A stretch of DNA of 64,000 bases from positions 64,001 to 128,000 of the forward strand of contig OZ242214.1 of the NCBI GenBank assembly GCA_965206595.1, written 5' to 3'. The position numbers were made by a program, and so were the translations under genes. Shown one piece after another: positions 43,501 to 53,129 of the stretch; the stretch's first letter is position 1, and each line of letters begins with the position of its first letter. Source of the stretch: Candidatus Latescibacterota bacterium. GTDB taxonomy: Bacteria; Latescibacterota; UBA2968; UBA8231. The notes under the pieces are model-generated. The model ran no database searches and was not told the DNA's origin. It saw only the letters and a list, made by a program, of their open reading frames with translations.

Positions 43501-45426
43501 CTACATGTGGGACAGCACCCTGCCGTTCTCCACCGTCAGCGCGTAAACGACCGCCCACGCGCCGCCGGTCAGCACCTCTCCGAGGATCAGCCCGAGGAAG
43601 AACGGCTTGAGCGTCCGGAACAGCTTGCCGCCGCCGACGTGGAGGATGATCGCCTTGAGGATCCAGGCGATCATCGCCGAAAACCAGATGGAGCTGGTCA
43701 GCCAGCCGAAGGCGATGGTGAAGCCGATCGGGTGCAGGGGCCACCAGTACCAGCGGTGCTGTCCCCACATCAGCAGGAACTCGAAGGCTCCGCCGATCCC
43801 CTTGAACAGCCAGCCGCGCATGTTGGCCTCCGGCAAGGCGGTCGAAGTCGGGCCGATGTAGGGCCAGCCGTGGGCCCCGGCCCATTGCAGGAGGTTGAGG
43901 TTGATGGCGCCGTAGCTGTAGGAGAGCTCCAGGGTCGTGTAGAGGGACGCCAACAGGCTGGCGACCAGGGCGATCATCAGGCCCCAGAAGAGGCGCGTTT
44001 TCGAGCCCTTCACCGACTCGGCGAGCTTGAGGCCGTTGGAGGCGGCGACCATCGGCGAGGTGCGCGACTCCCCCTGCCAGATGAAGGTGTAGGTCAGCGC
44101 CACGAGGCCCTTGGTTCCCAGAATCGAGGTGCCGAACCCGGAGATGATGAAGTAGGCCGGCACGATCGGGCTGCGCGCCGTGGGAACCCCCGCGGTGGCG
44201 ACGACGCGCGCCACCAGGGCGAAGAAGATGACGCTGACGATGAGCAGGACGGGGACGTACACGGCCGGCACCCCGGAGCGCCACAGCCAGATGCCGACCG
44301 CGGTGAAGCTGGCGAGAAAGCCGACGGCGGCGGTGCGGTAGCGCAGCAGCTCCTCGCTGTCGTCGATCCCCTTGCGCGGGCTCCAGGCGGAGCGCGCCAC
44401 GTCCCGGAGGTGGGCGCGGGCGCTCCACAGGCCGAAGAGGATGAAGACGACCACCGCCCCGGTCTGCTGGTGCGTCAGGTCGGCGGCGGGAGGGTACGAC
44501 TCGTAGGCGCTCAGGCGCTCGGTGCTGGCGATGCCGAGGACGTTGAAGATCCCCTCCTGGATCTTGCAGAAGACGTAGAAGAACCAGACGCTGAAGGTGA
44601 GGTCGAGACTGGCGAGGTAGAAGAAGCCGATGTAGGCGAAAATGACCGACATCGGCAGGTGCACGGTGCCCCGGAACATCGGGAAGCTGGCGCTGAGGTT
44701 CGGGTCGGGCAGGAAGGGGAAGTGGAAGTTGAGCCCCTTCATGCTCAGGTAGAGGAAGGGCAGGGAGAACCCGACCCACATGATCGGGTTCCTGAACAGC
44801 GGCGCCACCTTCGACATGGCGCCCTCTTCGCCGGCGAGCATCCCCTGCGGCAGCTGCATCATCGGGTAGGCGAGGCGTTCGTGGGTCGACCACTGGCGGT
44901 GCAGGATGCCGCTCAGGCAGATCAGCATGAACCCCATCGCAACCACCAGCCCGAGCCACCAGGCCATCGGCTCGATCCACACTTCCCACGGAATCGGCGT
45001 CCCTTTGGGCAGACCCTCGTAGTATCCCTTGATGGCCTCGAGGTCCTGCGGCACCATCCACTGCGGGATGTAGTCGAAGAACAGCTCTTCGAAGCGGTTC
45101 TCGGGGGTGGCGTAGTAGAACGGGTAGACGATGGTCCCGATCAGGAAGAACATCAGCCCCCAGGTCGGCACCGTCACCGCCATCAGCAGCATGCAGTAGA
45201 TGAGGACGAGGTCGGCCTTCGACAGCGCCAGCCGGCGGCCAAGAAAGGCCACGACGATGTTGGCGAAGACGACGCAGGCGAAAAAGAGCAAGGCCCCGGG
45301 CGAGGAGGGGTTGAAGCCGATCCAGTGGTACTGGAAGACGGTGACGTACGGGGCGACGACCCCGATCGCCAGGCACAGGAGCGTGCCGATACCGAGTCCC
45401 TTCAGACTGAAGGCGGATTTGCTCAC
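43501..45426 (-). CDS. Polytopic membrane protein, DUF6785/DUF6784-like (putative transporter)
   Basis: Many TM segments; YYATPEN, RQW..HERL.YP, WWPLHPIG, PFFLGLILG motifs. Confidence 0.75.
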   Translation of the reverse strand: MSKSAFSLKGLGIGTLLCLAIGVVAPYVTVFQYHWIGFNPSSPGALLFFACVVFANIVVAFLGRRLALSKADLVLIYCMLLMAVTVPTWGLMFFLIGTIVYPFYYATPENRFEELFFDYIPQWMVPQDLEAIKGYYEGLPKGTPIPWEVWIEPMAWWLGLVVAMGFMLICLSGILHRQWSTHERLAYPMMQLPQGMLAGEEGAMSKVAPLFRNPIMWVGFSLPFLYLSMKGLNFHFPFLPDPNLSASFPMFRGTVHLPMSVIFAYIGFFYLASLDLTFSVWFFYVFCKIQEGIFNVLGIASTERLSAYESYPPAADLTHQQTGAVVVFILFGLWSARAHLRDVARSAWSPRKGIDDSEELLRYRTAAVGFLASFTAVGIWLWRSGVPAVYVPVLLIVSVIFFALVARVVATAGVPTARSPIVPAYFIISGFGTSILGTKGLVALTYTFIWQGESRTSPMVAASNGLKLAESVKGSKTRLFWGLMIALVASLLASLYTTLELSYSYGAINLNLLQWAGAHGWPYIGPTSTALPEANMRGWLFKGIGGAFEFLLMWGQHRWYWWPLHPIGFTIAFGWLTSSIWFSAMIAWILKAIILHVGGGKLFRTLKPFFLGLILGEVLTGGAWAVVYALTVENGRVLSHM

Positions 45427-45720
45427 GTCGTCGATTTTCGCCGGTTGACTGCGGATGGTGTGGCGGGCTTTTCGAGCATACGATAGTGGACCGTTCCGTT
45501 CAATCGTGCAATCGCGCCGCCCTGCTTGCTATGGGCGCGCAGGCTCCGGGCCAAAGCGGCCTGATGCACCTGCAGCGGCACATTCCGTGGAGGTCCCTAC
45601 GTGCCAATCTGGAGGTCCCTACGTGGAAGGCAGGCCATGGATTGAGGACGAAATTTGGCTTTGAACCTGTCCGTTGCCTTCTGAAGTCGATGTTGTTCGC
45701 AGCCGCGCCAGATAAGAATC

Positions 45721-45980
45721 TTACCGAAACCGTGCTTTAGCAAGCAAACCAGAGAGCTCGGACAGGTCTTCAAGAGTGAACAGTACCTCGTACTCCTCGA
45801 ACGTTTTCGCTGAAGTGACACCAGAAAGGACAGCAATAAAGGGAATGTTCGCGGATAGAGCCGCTTTGGCATCCACAGGACTATCTCCGACGTAAGCCGT
45901 CTCAGCCGCGGAATACCCCAGTTTGCTTACAGCTAACAACAAACCTGCAGGATCGGGTTTTTGGGCTGAAACATCTTTTC
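45721..45980 (-). pseudogene. HAD-family hydrolase C-terminal fragment
   Basis: KPDPAGL, YVGDSPVD motifs; 5' part missing. Confidence 0.7.
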
Positions 45981-46118
45981 GCCCTGCGTAATGTGAAACG
46001 AAACCGGTCTCAATCCTTCACCTCCAAGGTGAGTCCAAATCCTCCTCTACTATACTCTGGATTCCCCTCGGAAAGCAACCAAAAATCCGACTCTCGACTT
46101 AACGGATTCAGGAATGAC

Positions 46119-46205
46119 GCATAACGTTTCGCCGGTTTGCGAGCCGCGAAGCGGTTGCCGCAGGCCAAGGAGCGCAGCGAAGTAGTGCAAACCGTGCTGT
46201 TATTC
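46119..46205 (-). other. Integron attC site
   Basis: Minus strand GAATAAC-agcacggtttgc...gcaaaccggcgaaac-GTTATGC: R''/R' cores plus paired inner arms, 87 bp, 15 nt after the stop of 46221..46571. Confidence 0.75.
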
Positions 46206-46220
46206 GAAGCCGTCATACTT

Positions 46221-46571
46221 CTATGGGCCGCGCTTTAGGACATAGAGCGCCCATAGGCCCATCGTCAATACATAGAAGACGCCAATGGGGACACTTAAGA
46301 AGAACCACCATAGGAATGACCTTCCTTTCTTCGCGAGATCTCCGTAGACGCATCCACCTGCCACGATGGCTAGTCCCGCAATCCCCAACGGCCATGAATT
46401 GATTAAGACGAGATACATGAGAAGATGGGCGCCGACCATCATTTGGCCACATACCACGAGAACCTTTTTGCCTGCTACGACTCCAACGAAGGCCCCGGTT
46501 GCGCCGACCAGGCCAATCACGAGCATTGGGTATGCCAATCTCGAATAGATTTCATGGCCAGATTCAATCAC
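46221..46571 (-). CDS. Small membrane protein; integron gene cassette
   Basis: 116 aa, about 4 hydrophobic segments, GGAG RBS, bounded by two attC sites. Confidence 0.7.
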   Translation of the reverse strand: MIESGHEIYSRLAYPMLVIGLVGATGAFVGVVAGKKVLVVCGQMMVGAHLLMYLVLINSWPLGIAGLAIVAGGCVYGDLAKKGRSFLWWFFLSVPIGVFYVLTMGLWALYVLKRGP

Positions 46572-46611
46572 CGACTCCAGCCCTTCCTCTCAAAAAACTC
46601 TTTACGGTTTC

Positions 46612-46691
46612 GTATAACGTTCTCGGCACCCTCGAACTGCGAATTGGTTTGGCTAAGGGCAAAGCCCGAAGCCGGGGACACGGTGTTAGAC
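46612..46691 (-). other. Integron attC site
   Basis: Minus strand GTCTAAC...gagaac-GTTATAC, 80 bp, downstream of the hicA-like gene; inner pairing weaker than in the first site. Confidence 0.65.
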
Positions 46692-46728
46692 GAAGGAGCC
46701 TGTCATTTCAAGATCGATCAGGGGATAT

Positions 46729-46912
46729 CTACGCTCGAAGAAAGTCTTCTGCCGTTATCGCGCTTGCTTCAGAATGGCAGATAAGGTGCCCTCCGGCAAA
46801 TCCCCAGAGTGATTGGGAAAAGTCGTTCGATGTCGAGTAACAGGGTTCCACCAAATCTCGTGGCTGCCTCGTGCGTGTCGGTCAAACGTAAATCCCAACC
46901 GCCTTATTTTTT
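46729..46912 (-). pseudogene. hicA: HicA-family toxin, 5'-truncated by ISL3 and frameshifted
   Basis: LGF.FDR.ARGSHEIW...PNH.GDLPEGTL.AILKQA. Confidence 0.8.
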
Positions 46913-48358
46913 GGCTCCTCTGGAGAATCTGTGGGTGAGGAGGGGAGGCTGCGGCGATGGGAATAGAGGAGGCCAGGTAGCCCAGGCGCATCATCCCCCG
47001 GTATGTTGGGACAGTCCACCAAGACGGAACCCAACTACCTGTGGAGGGAATGATGCGCCTGATCACGGTACTAAACCGGTGCACGACCTTCAAGCGGTTT
47101 GTGTTTGAGGGCAGTCATTTTGACCGGCACGGAAGGATAATGGTGAGGATCAGGCCACGGAAAAACTCCCGGGGCGCGTGCAGCGGCTGCGGTCACTTGG
47201 CCCCCACCTATGACACGGCCCCCGAGGCCCGGCTGTTCGAGTTTGTTCCCCTCTGGGGGTTTCCGGTCTTTCTGGTGTATCGCATGCGCCGGGTTGCCTG
47301 CAAAGCCTGCGGCCGGGTGGTCGTCGAGAAGGTCCCCTGGAGCACGGGCAAGCACCACCTGACCGACCTCTACCGCTGCTTCCTGGCCCAGGGGGCCAAA
47401 AAACTGTCGTGGATCGAGGTGGCGCGTTCCTTCCGGACCCGTTGGGACAAGGTCTACCACTCCGTCCAGTACGTCGTGGACTATGGGCTCGCTCATCGCT
47501 GCCTCGACCAGGTCACGGCCCTCGGCGTGGATGAAATCCAGTATCGTAAGGGGCCTCATTATCTGACGTTGCTGTACCAGATCGACCCCCACCGCCGCCG
47601 CCTGTTGTGGATGGGCGAGAAGCGGACGAAGAAGGCCTTGAACGACGGCTTTACCGAACGGGAGCAGGAGCACCGGCGCAAGCAGGAAGCCGGCGGCGAG
47701 CAGGAGCCGACCCGTTTCCTCGACCAGATTACCGTCATCTGCTCTGATATCTGGAAAGCCTACCTCGACGTTATCAGCAAGCGGCTCCCCACCGCGGTAC
47801 CTATTCTCGACCGTTTTCACCTCATGCAGCACTTCAGCAAGGCCCTCGACAAAGTCCGTGCCGAAGAGGCCCGCAGACTCAAAGAACAGGGCCAGGATCC
47901 GGTCCTGAGCAAGAGCCGCTGGTGCTTCCTGAAGCGCAAGGAGAACCTCAGCGACTCCCCCCCAAGGCTTGAAGCTGTCGGAGCTATTGAAGATGAACCT
48001 GCGGACGGTCAGAGCCTACCTGCTCAAGGAGGACTTCCAGCGCTTCTGGGACTACACCTACTCCGCGTGGGCTGAGAAGTTCCTCCAGCGCGGGTGTTTC
48101 CGTACGATGAGAAGCAACATCGAACCGATGAAAGACATCGCCGGAATGCTGCGGCGTCACCAAGAGCTCATCCTCAATTGGTTCAGGGCCAGGAAGCAGT
48201 TCAACAACGGCATGGTCGAGGGCTTGAACCTGAAATGGAATCTGACAGGGAGAAAAGCATTCGGATGCCGCACCTTCAAGGCACTCCAAATCGCTTCATT
48301 CCATCAGCTCGGCGATTTACCCGAGCCACAATTCACCCACGAATTCTACTGACGAGCC
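46913..48358 (+). mobile_element. ISL3-family element, copy 2 (transposase 47050-48352, frameshift at C7 ~47957-47963)
   Basis: Same IRs and sequence as copy 1, in inverted orientation. Confidence 0.92.
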
Positions 48359-48529
48359 GAATTTATTGACATATCTCTGGATTTTCGCCTCTGCGAGATT
48401 GTCCTCAAAGGCGTCGATCAACGCTGCAATCTGGACAAGCCCTTCGCCCTGAAGTTGCCACAGGGCGTTCAAGTGCTGAAGTCCGCGTTGTCCGAGCCCG
48501 AGAATTGCAACGCGAATTGGTTGACTCAT
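48359..48529 (-). pseudogene. Gfo/Idh/MocA oxidoreductase N-terminal fragment
   Basis: IRVAILGLGQRGLQH Rossmann motif; ends at the IS terminus. Confidence 0.8.
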
Positions 48530-48536
48530 GAAACTT

Positions 48537-48701
48537 TCACCTTCGATTCGCCCTCCCCTCAATTTCGGCAACCCTTTCTATCAAGTCGGCGAACTGCTCT
48601 TCGTCGTCGAATAACATCCCATCGCTGAGCATCCTCGCGTAGTCGTCGGCCAGAGCCTCGTAAGCCAAGCCATGGGGCACCAACTGCAATCCACCCGTTA
48701 C
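48537..48701 (-). pseudogene. C-terminal fragment of an AbiEii/AbiGii-type nucleotidyltransferase toxin
   Basis: GGLQLVP..LA.EALADDYARML.DGMLF.....F..LIER..EIE. Confidence 0.6.
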
Positions 48702-50279
48702 GGGCGTCTTAAGTAATTGTCATAGCGCAATTCAGGTGGCGTATGTGTATATTTTACAGTAAGTTGCTTTCTTTTGCCGCATCCCCTGCGGCGCGCTCCC
48801 CTGATTTCAGAAAGAAGGGGAGCGATGAGTGCGATTCTCTCTCTGGAAGTTTTTCAGGAGCGGCAGAGTCAGGACCGCTTTCGAAGCCGGGCGCATGAAG
48901 CCTTGGACCAATGGCTGGATCGGGTGGAGGCGCAAATGAGCGCGCGCGGATCTTGTGCGCCGACGTTGATGGAGATCACCGCGGCGATGTCTCAAGAGCG
49001 CTCCGGGCTCCCCGCGGCCTTGGTGGAAGCCTTCGTCGAACGCCGCCACGGCCATTTCCTGGCCCAGGAAGAGGCGGCCTGCCCCAAGTGCAAAGGCCTG
49101 CTGCGAGCGCGCCCGTCTCGCTCGCGCACGCAGGAGACGCTGCTCGGGCCGGTGACCTTGGAGCGTCCCTATTTCTACTGCGTTGGCTGTCAGTACGGGT
49201 TCTATCCGCTGGACGAAGCTCTCGGTCTGTCGGCGCAGCGCAAGCAGTGGGACGTGCAGCAGGCCGGGGTCAAGCTGGGGCTGGAGATGCCCCACCGGCG
49301 CGCCGCCGAACTGTTGGACGAGCTCACCGACGCGTCGATGAGCGATTGTGTGATTCACGAGGTGCTGCAACAGACCGGGTCGTTGGACGTGCTGCAGGTG
49401 TGTCCGGACGCGGCCGACATCCAGGATCGCATTGCGCACGCCGCCGCCGGTCGCAAGTGGCGGCCCATCGTGGTGTTGGCCATCGACTAAGGCCGACGTG
49501 CCCCGTCGTCCCCAGACCGCCAAAGGCACCCGTCCCGGACGCAAGAAGAGCCGGTCTCGGCGAAGGCGTTGGCAGGGGGAATACCACGAAGCCAAGGGCT
49601 TTCGCTTCTACCTGATAGACGATGAGCGCATCGAGCAGCTGATCTCCTGGCACCAGATGGGCAACGAACAGGCCTTCGGCGCGGCCTTGCGCCAGGTCAA
49701 GGAGGCGGGGCTGATCCCGGAGGATCAGGTGCGCTTGTGTGCCATCGGAGATGGCGCTCCGTGGATCTGGAAGGGGGTGGAAGAGCTGTTCCCCGGCGCC
49801 CGTCAGATCCTCGACTACTCCCATTGCAGCCGCTACCTGCACGCGGTGGCCGAGGCCCAATACGGCGCCGATGCGGCGCGTGCTGCCCATTGGCTGGAAG
49901 CGACCTTGGCTTTGCCTGTTCTGCGGCGAGGGCACCGGCGTGGTCTGGGGGCTGCAGCGCATGCAGCCGCTCTCGGAAGAGGCCGGAGAGGCCATCGGCA
50001 CGGCCTTGACCTACCTGCAAAAGCGACTGCACCAAGTCGATTTCGGCAGCCATCGCAAGGGGGGATACCCGATCGGGTCGGGGGCGATCGAATCGGCGCA
50101 TCGCTTCATCGGCCATGTTCGTCTGAAACGGTCGGGCGCTTGGTGGTATAAGGAAAACAGCAACGCCATTCTGGCCCTGCGCTGCGCCTTGTACAATGGA
50201 ACGCTTGACCGGGTCTTTCAGCAGTACCGAGAAAACCTGAAAACAACCACCGAAACCGTAACAATCAGCTAAGACACCC
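48702..50279 (+). mobile_element. ISKra4/UPF0236-like element, transposase (48825-50272) disrupted
   Basis: IRs GGGCGTCTTA / GGGTGTCTTA; CPKC..RPYFYC, IGDGAPWIW, LDYSH, IGSGAIES, RLKRSGAWW; stop/frameshift at ~49490 and frameshift at ~49912. Confidence 0.85.
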
Positions 50280-50765
50280 GTCGAGGATTTCAACGATGCG
50301 CCGTTGTTCGGAAAGCGGTGGAAGAGGGATTTCTATTTCCTTGATGTCGTTGTCGGAAACGGCCGGGTAATTCGCGCCTCTGACGCGTTCTGACAACACA
50401 GCGACAAAATCACGTGTGATCGTGAGATAAAACAAGAAGCGAGGTTCTACAACGGCATTATTTGATCGCAGAACACAAAAGCCGGTTGAAGCGATATGGC
50501 CATTGAGGTGGGCCGGAACCATGGCGACGGCGTTGAGGTTCGGACGTACTGTCGACACCAGTATGTCGTCTTTCCGAATGACTTTCCGTGCACGGCTCGG
50601 AGCCTGGGCACCTGGCATGGTTTGGTGTTCGACGATTACCTTGTGAGTGCGGTCAATTCCGGAGATGTCGACGTACTGGAACTCGCCAGGAATTTCTCGG
50701 CGCGGATCGATTTGCTCGGTGGGTTCACACACATCAGCGATGGTTGCGGTGTTCCACCCCATCAT
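50280..50765 (-). pseudogene. hsdS: Type I RM specificity subunit, truncated after the first TRD by IS
   Basis: APSRARK...DILVSTVRPNL...STGF...GANYPAV...IPLPPLSEQRRIVEILD, then IS end. Confidence 0.9.
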
Positions 50766-51154
50766 TCGCCCTCCATCTCTTCCAACTTTCCCCGAACCTG
50801 TTCAAGCAAAGCCTCGACGAGCCCGAGCGCCGCTTTGCGATCGATCGGATCGGTACTCGAATCGACACCACCATACCGGAACTCGACGGCATACGGAGTG
50901 TACATGGCCAGCTTTCGGAAAGCCTTCATGTCGACAGCCCGCGCGGCGAGCTGATTCACCAACGCCTCGAGATTGTGGGTAAGCGGGTAGGTCTCGCCGA
51001 GCAATGCGAGCCAGGCCTTGAAGGATTTCTCCGCGGCCTGCTGCACGTGAAACCCATACGATTCATCCGGCACCCCGGCAGTCATGTTCCGGAGCGTGAG
51101 GACATCGCGTTCGGCCGCATCGAGCAGCATCCGGGCGCACTTAGGGTCGCTCAT
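50762..51154 (-). CDS. HEPN domain protein
   Basis: FHVQQAAEKSFKAWL, THNL, YAVEFRY. Confidence 0.88.
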   Translation of the reverse strand: MSDPKCARMLLDAAERDVLTLRNMTAGVPDESYGFHVQQAAEKSFKAWLALLGETYPLTHNLEALVNQLAARAVDMKAFRKLAMYTPYAVEFRYGGVDSSTDPIDRKAALGLVEALLEQVRGKLEEMEGE

Positions 51155-51476
51155 AGAGCACCTTGCCTTCCCGTAGCGCCCGGGCCAGAACGTGGTTGAG
51201 AGAGTCGCGCCAGTAATCGACCTCGTCGTGGGTATAGACCAGGACGTCGGCAGAAACCGGAAAGTCCGCCAGGACCTTGTAGAGTCTGACCATCTCTTTG
51301 TGCCGGCTCCGCTCCCGGCCGAACGGCTCGGCTTCCAAGACCACCAGATCGACGTCCGATTCCTCTCGCTCGTCGCCGCGGGCGCGGGAACCGAAGAGGA
51401 TCACCTGCTCGGGATCGACCTCGCCGACGATGGCCTGGACCATCTGGTCGATGAGGGTGTCGGTGATTCCGGTCAC
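51141..51476 (-). CDS. Minimal nucleotidyltransferase (MNT)
   Basis: ILFGSRARG...SDVDLVV, DVLV, REGKVLY. Confidence 0.9.
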   Translation of the reverse strand: MTGITDTLIDQMVQAIVGEVDPEQVILFGSRARGDEREESDVDLVVLEAEPFGRERSRHKEMVRLYKVLADFPVSADVLVYTHDEVDYWRDSLNHVLARALREGKVLYERP

Positions 51477-53119
51477 TGCTCCACCTCTTCGAGCAGTTTC
51501 TCCAGCCCCGCAGTTATTTCACGCTCGATCGCCAGCACCTCGCGGATCAGCTCCGCGGGATCCTCGTCCGGAACCGGCTCGGCAACCCGTGGCTTGTAGC
51601 GCGAGGCGGTGAGGTTGTAGTCGTTCTCCGCAATGGTTTCGAACGGCGCCCACCAGCAGCGGGGCTCCTCGCTGCCCGGGTCGAGCACGGCGCCGGCTTC
51701 CTCGCCGGGTGGTTTCTCGAAGCGGGATTCCTTGTAATCGTTCCAGGCCGCCAGCAGCCCGGGGATGTCGTTCTCCCCCGGCGTCTCCGGACGGCCGCCT
51801 CCCTGGATCTTGTCGGGGTCGTAGCCGTCGTTGCGGATCTCGTAGAACCACACCTGTCTCGTAGCCGTCCGGCCCTCTTCCGGCTCGGTCGCCGGGCGCC
51901 GGAAGACGAGCACGGAGGTTTTGACGCCGGCGTACGGTTTGAACACGCCGGCCGGCAGCGACACCACCGCTTGCAACTCGTATTCCCGCAGGAGCTTCTC
52001 GCGCAGTTCCTTGTGAGCTCTCGTCGAGCCGAAGAGCGCGCCCTCCGGTACCACCACGGCGCAACGTCCCCCCGGCGCCAGGGAGCGCAGCATCAGGGCA
52101 ATGAACAACAGCTCGCTCTTTCTCGATTTTGTTGGCAGATCCTGGCGAATCGAGTCCCTGGGGATCTGGCCGGCAAAAGGCGGGTTCGAGAGGATCACCG
52201 CGTAGCGCCGGTTCAGATCGTCCTCGGTGAGTCCGCTCATCTCGGAGAGGACGTTGGCGCGCTTGAGGCGGGCATGGCGGATCCCGTGGAGCACGAGGTT
52301 CATGACGGAGATCCGCATCATCTGGCGCGATACGTCGGTGCCGTAGATGGATGCCTCGAGCCGGCTCCAGTCGGGTATCCTCTCCCCCGGCCCCTTCCGG
52401 TAGGTCTGGAGATTGGGGATCTCCTCTTTCACCTCTTCGAGAGTTTGCCCCCGTTTCTCGAGCCAGTCCTCACCGTAGACCGGCACTTCCTGGGGCTCCT
52501 CGCTGTAGCGGGCAAGGATGTGGTCGACGACGTCGATGAGGAAACCGGCGGTGCCGCAGGCCGGGTCGTACATGGTGTCGCCCAAGTCCGGATCGGTCAT
52601 CTCGACCATGAAGGCGCGGATCTGTCGCGGGGTGCGGAACTGGCCGTTGAGCGCCGACTGTCCGAGATGGGTGAGCAGGTATTCGAAGATGTCGCCCTTG
52701 ATGTCGGGCCCGAGCTTGCGAAAGTCGATGGAGTCGAACATGTCGATCACCTGCTTGAGCACGTTCGGATCGACGATCTCGAGCACGGCGTCGCGAAAGT
52801 ACTCGGCCACCTGCGGGTCGTCCTTGACCAGCGACGCCATGTACGGGAAGACCTCGTCGCGCACGAAGTTGCGCAGATCCTCTCCGCTCTTGAAGCGCCA
52901 CTTGGACCAGCGGAAGCGCTCGGCCTGCGCGGGAAAGAGGAGAGCGCCGTTGCCGGCCCCGAGCCGGCCTTGGAGCTCGCGGGTGGTTTCCTCCTCGTCG
53001 AGGAGCTTCAGGTATATGAGGTAGGAGATCTGCTCGATATAGGTGACGGGATTGGTCACGCCACCGGCCCACAGGATGTCGGTGATCTGGTCGAGCTTGC
53101 GCCGCAGTGTCTGGTCCAT
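51473..53119 (-). CDS. hsdM: Type I RM N6-adenine methyltransferase
   Basis: GDIFEYLL, GQFRTPR, DPACGTAGFL (motif I), NPPF (motif IV), VFKPYAGVKT. Confidence 0.93.
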   Translation of the reverse strand: MDQTLRRKLDQITDILWAGGVTNPVTYIEQISYLIYLKLLDEEETTRELQGRLGAGNGALLFPAQAERFRWSKWRFKSGEDLRNFVRDEVFPYMASLVKDDPQVAEYFRDAVLEIVDPNVLKQVIDMFDSIDFRKLGPDIKGDIFEYLLTHLGQSALNGQFRTPRQIRAFMVEMTDPDLGDTMYDPACGTAGFLIDVVDHILARYSEEPQEVPVYGEDWLEKRGQTLEEVKEEIPNLQTYRKGPGERIPDWSRLEASIYGTDVSRQMMRISVMNLVLHGIRHARLKRANVLSEMSGLTEDDLNRRYAVILSNPPFAGQIPRDSIRQDLPTKSRKSELLFIALMLRSLAPGGRCAVVVPEGALFGSTRAHKELREKLLREYELQAVVSLPAGVFKPYAGVKTSVLVFRRPATEPEEGRTATRQVWFYEIRNDGYDPDKIQGGGRPETPGENDIPGLLAAWNDYKESRFEKPPGEEAGAVLDPGSEEPRCWWAPFETIAENDYNLTASRYKPRVAEPVPDEDPAELIREVLAIEREITAGLEKLLEEVEQ

Positions 53120-53129
53120 CCCGTTCCTT

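Noticed and set aside
45588-45625. 16-bp direct repeat tggaggtccctacgtg x2
   Set aside because: Only two copies, 22 bp apart, with no associated gene; likely a local duplication, though an operator cannot be excluded.
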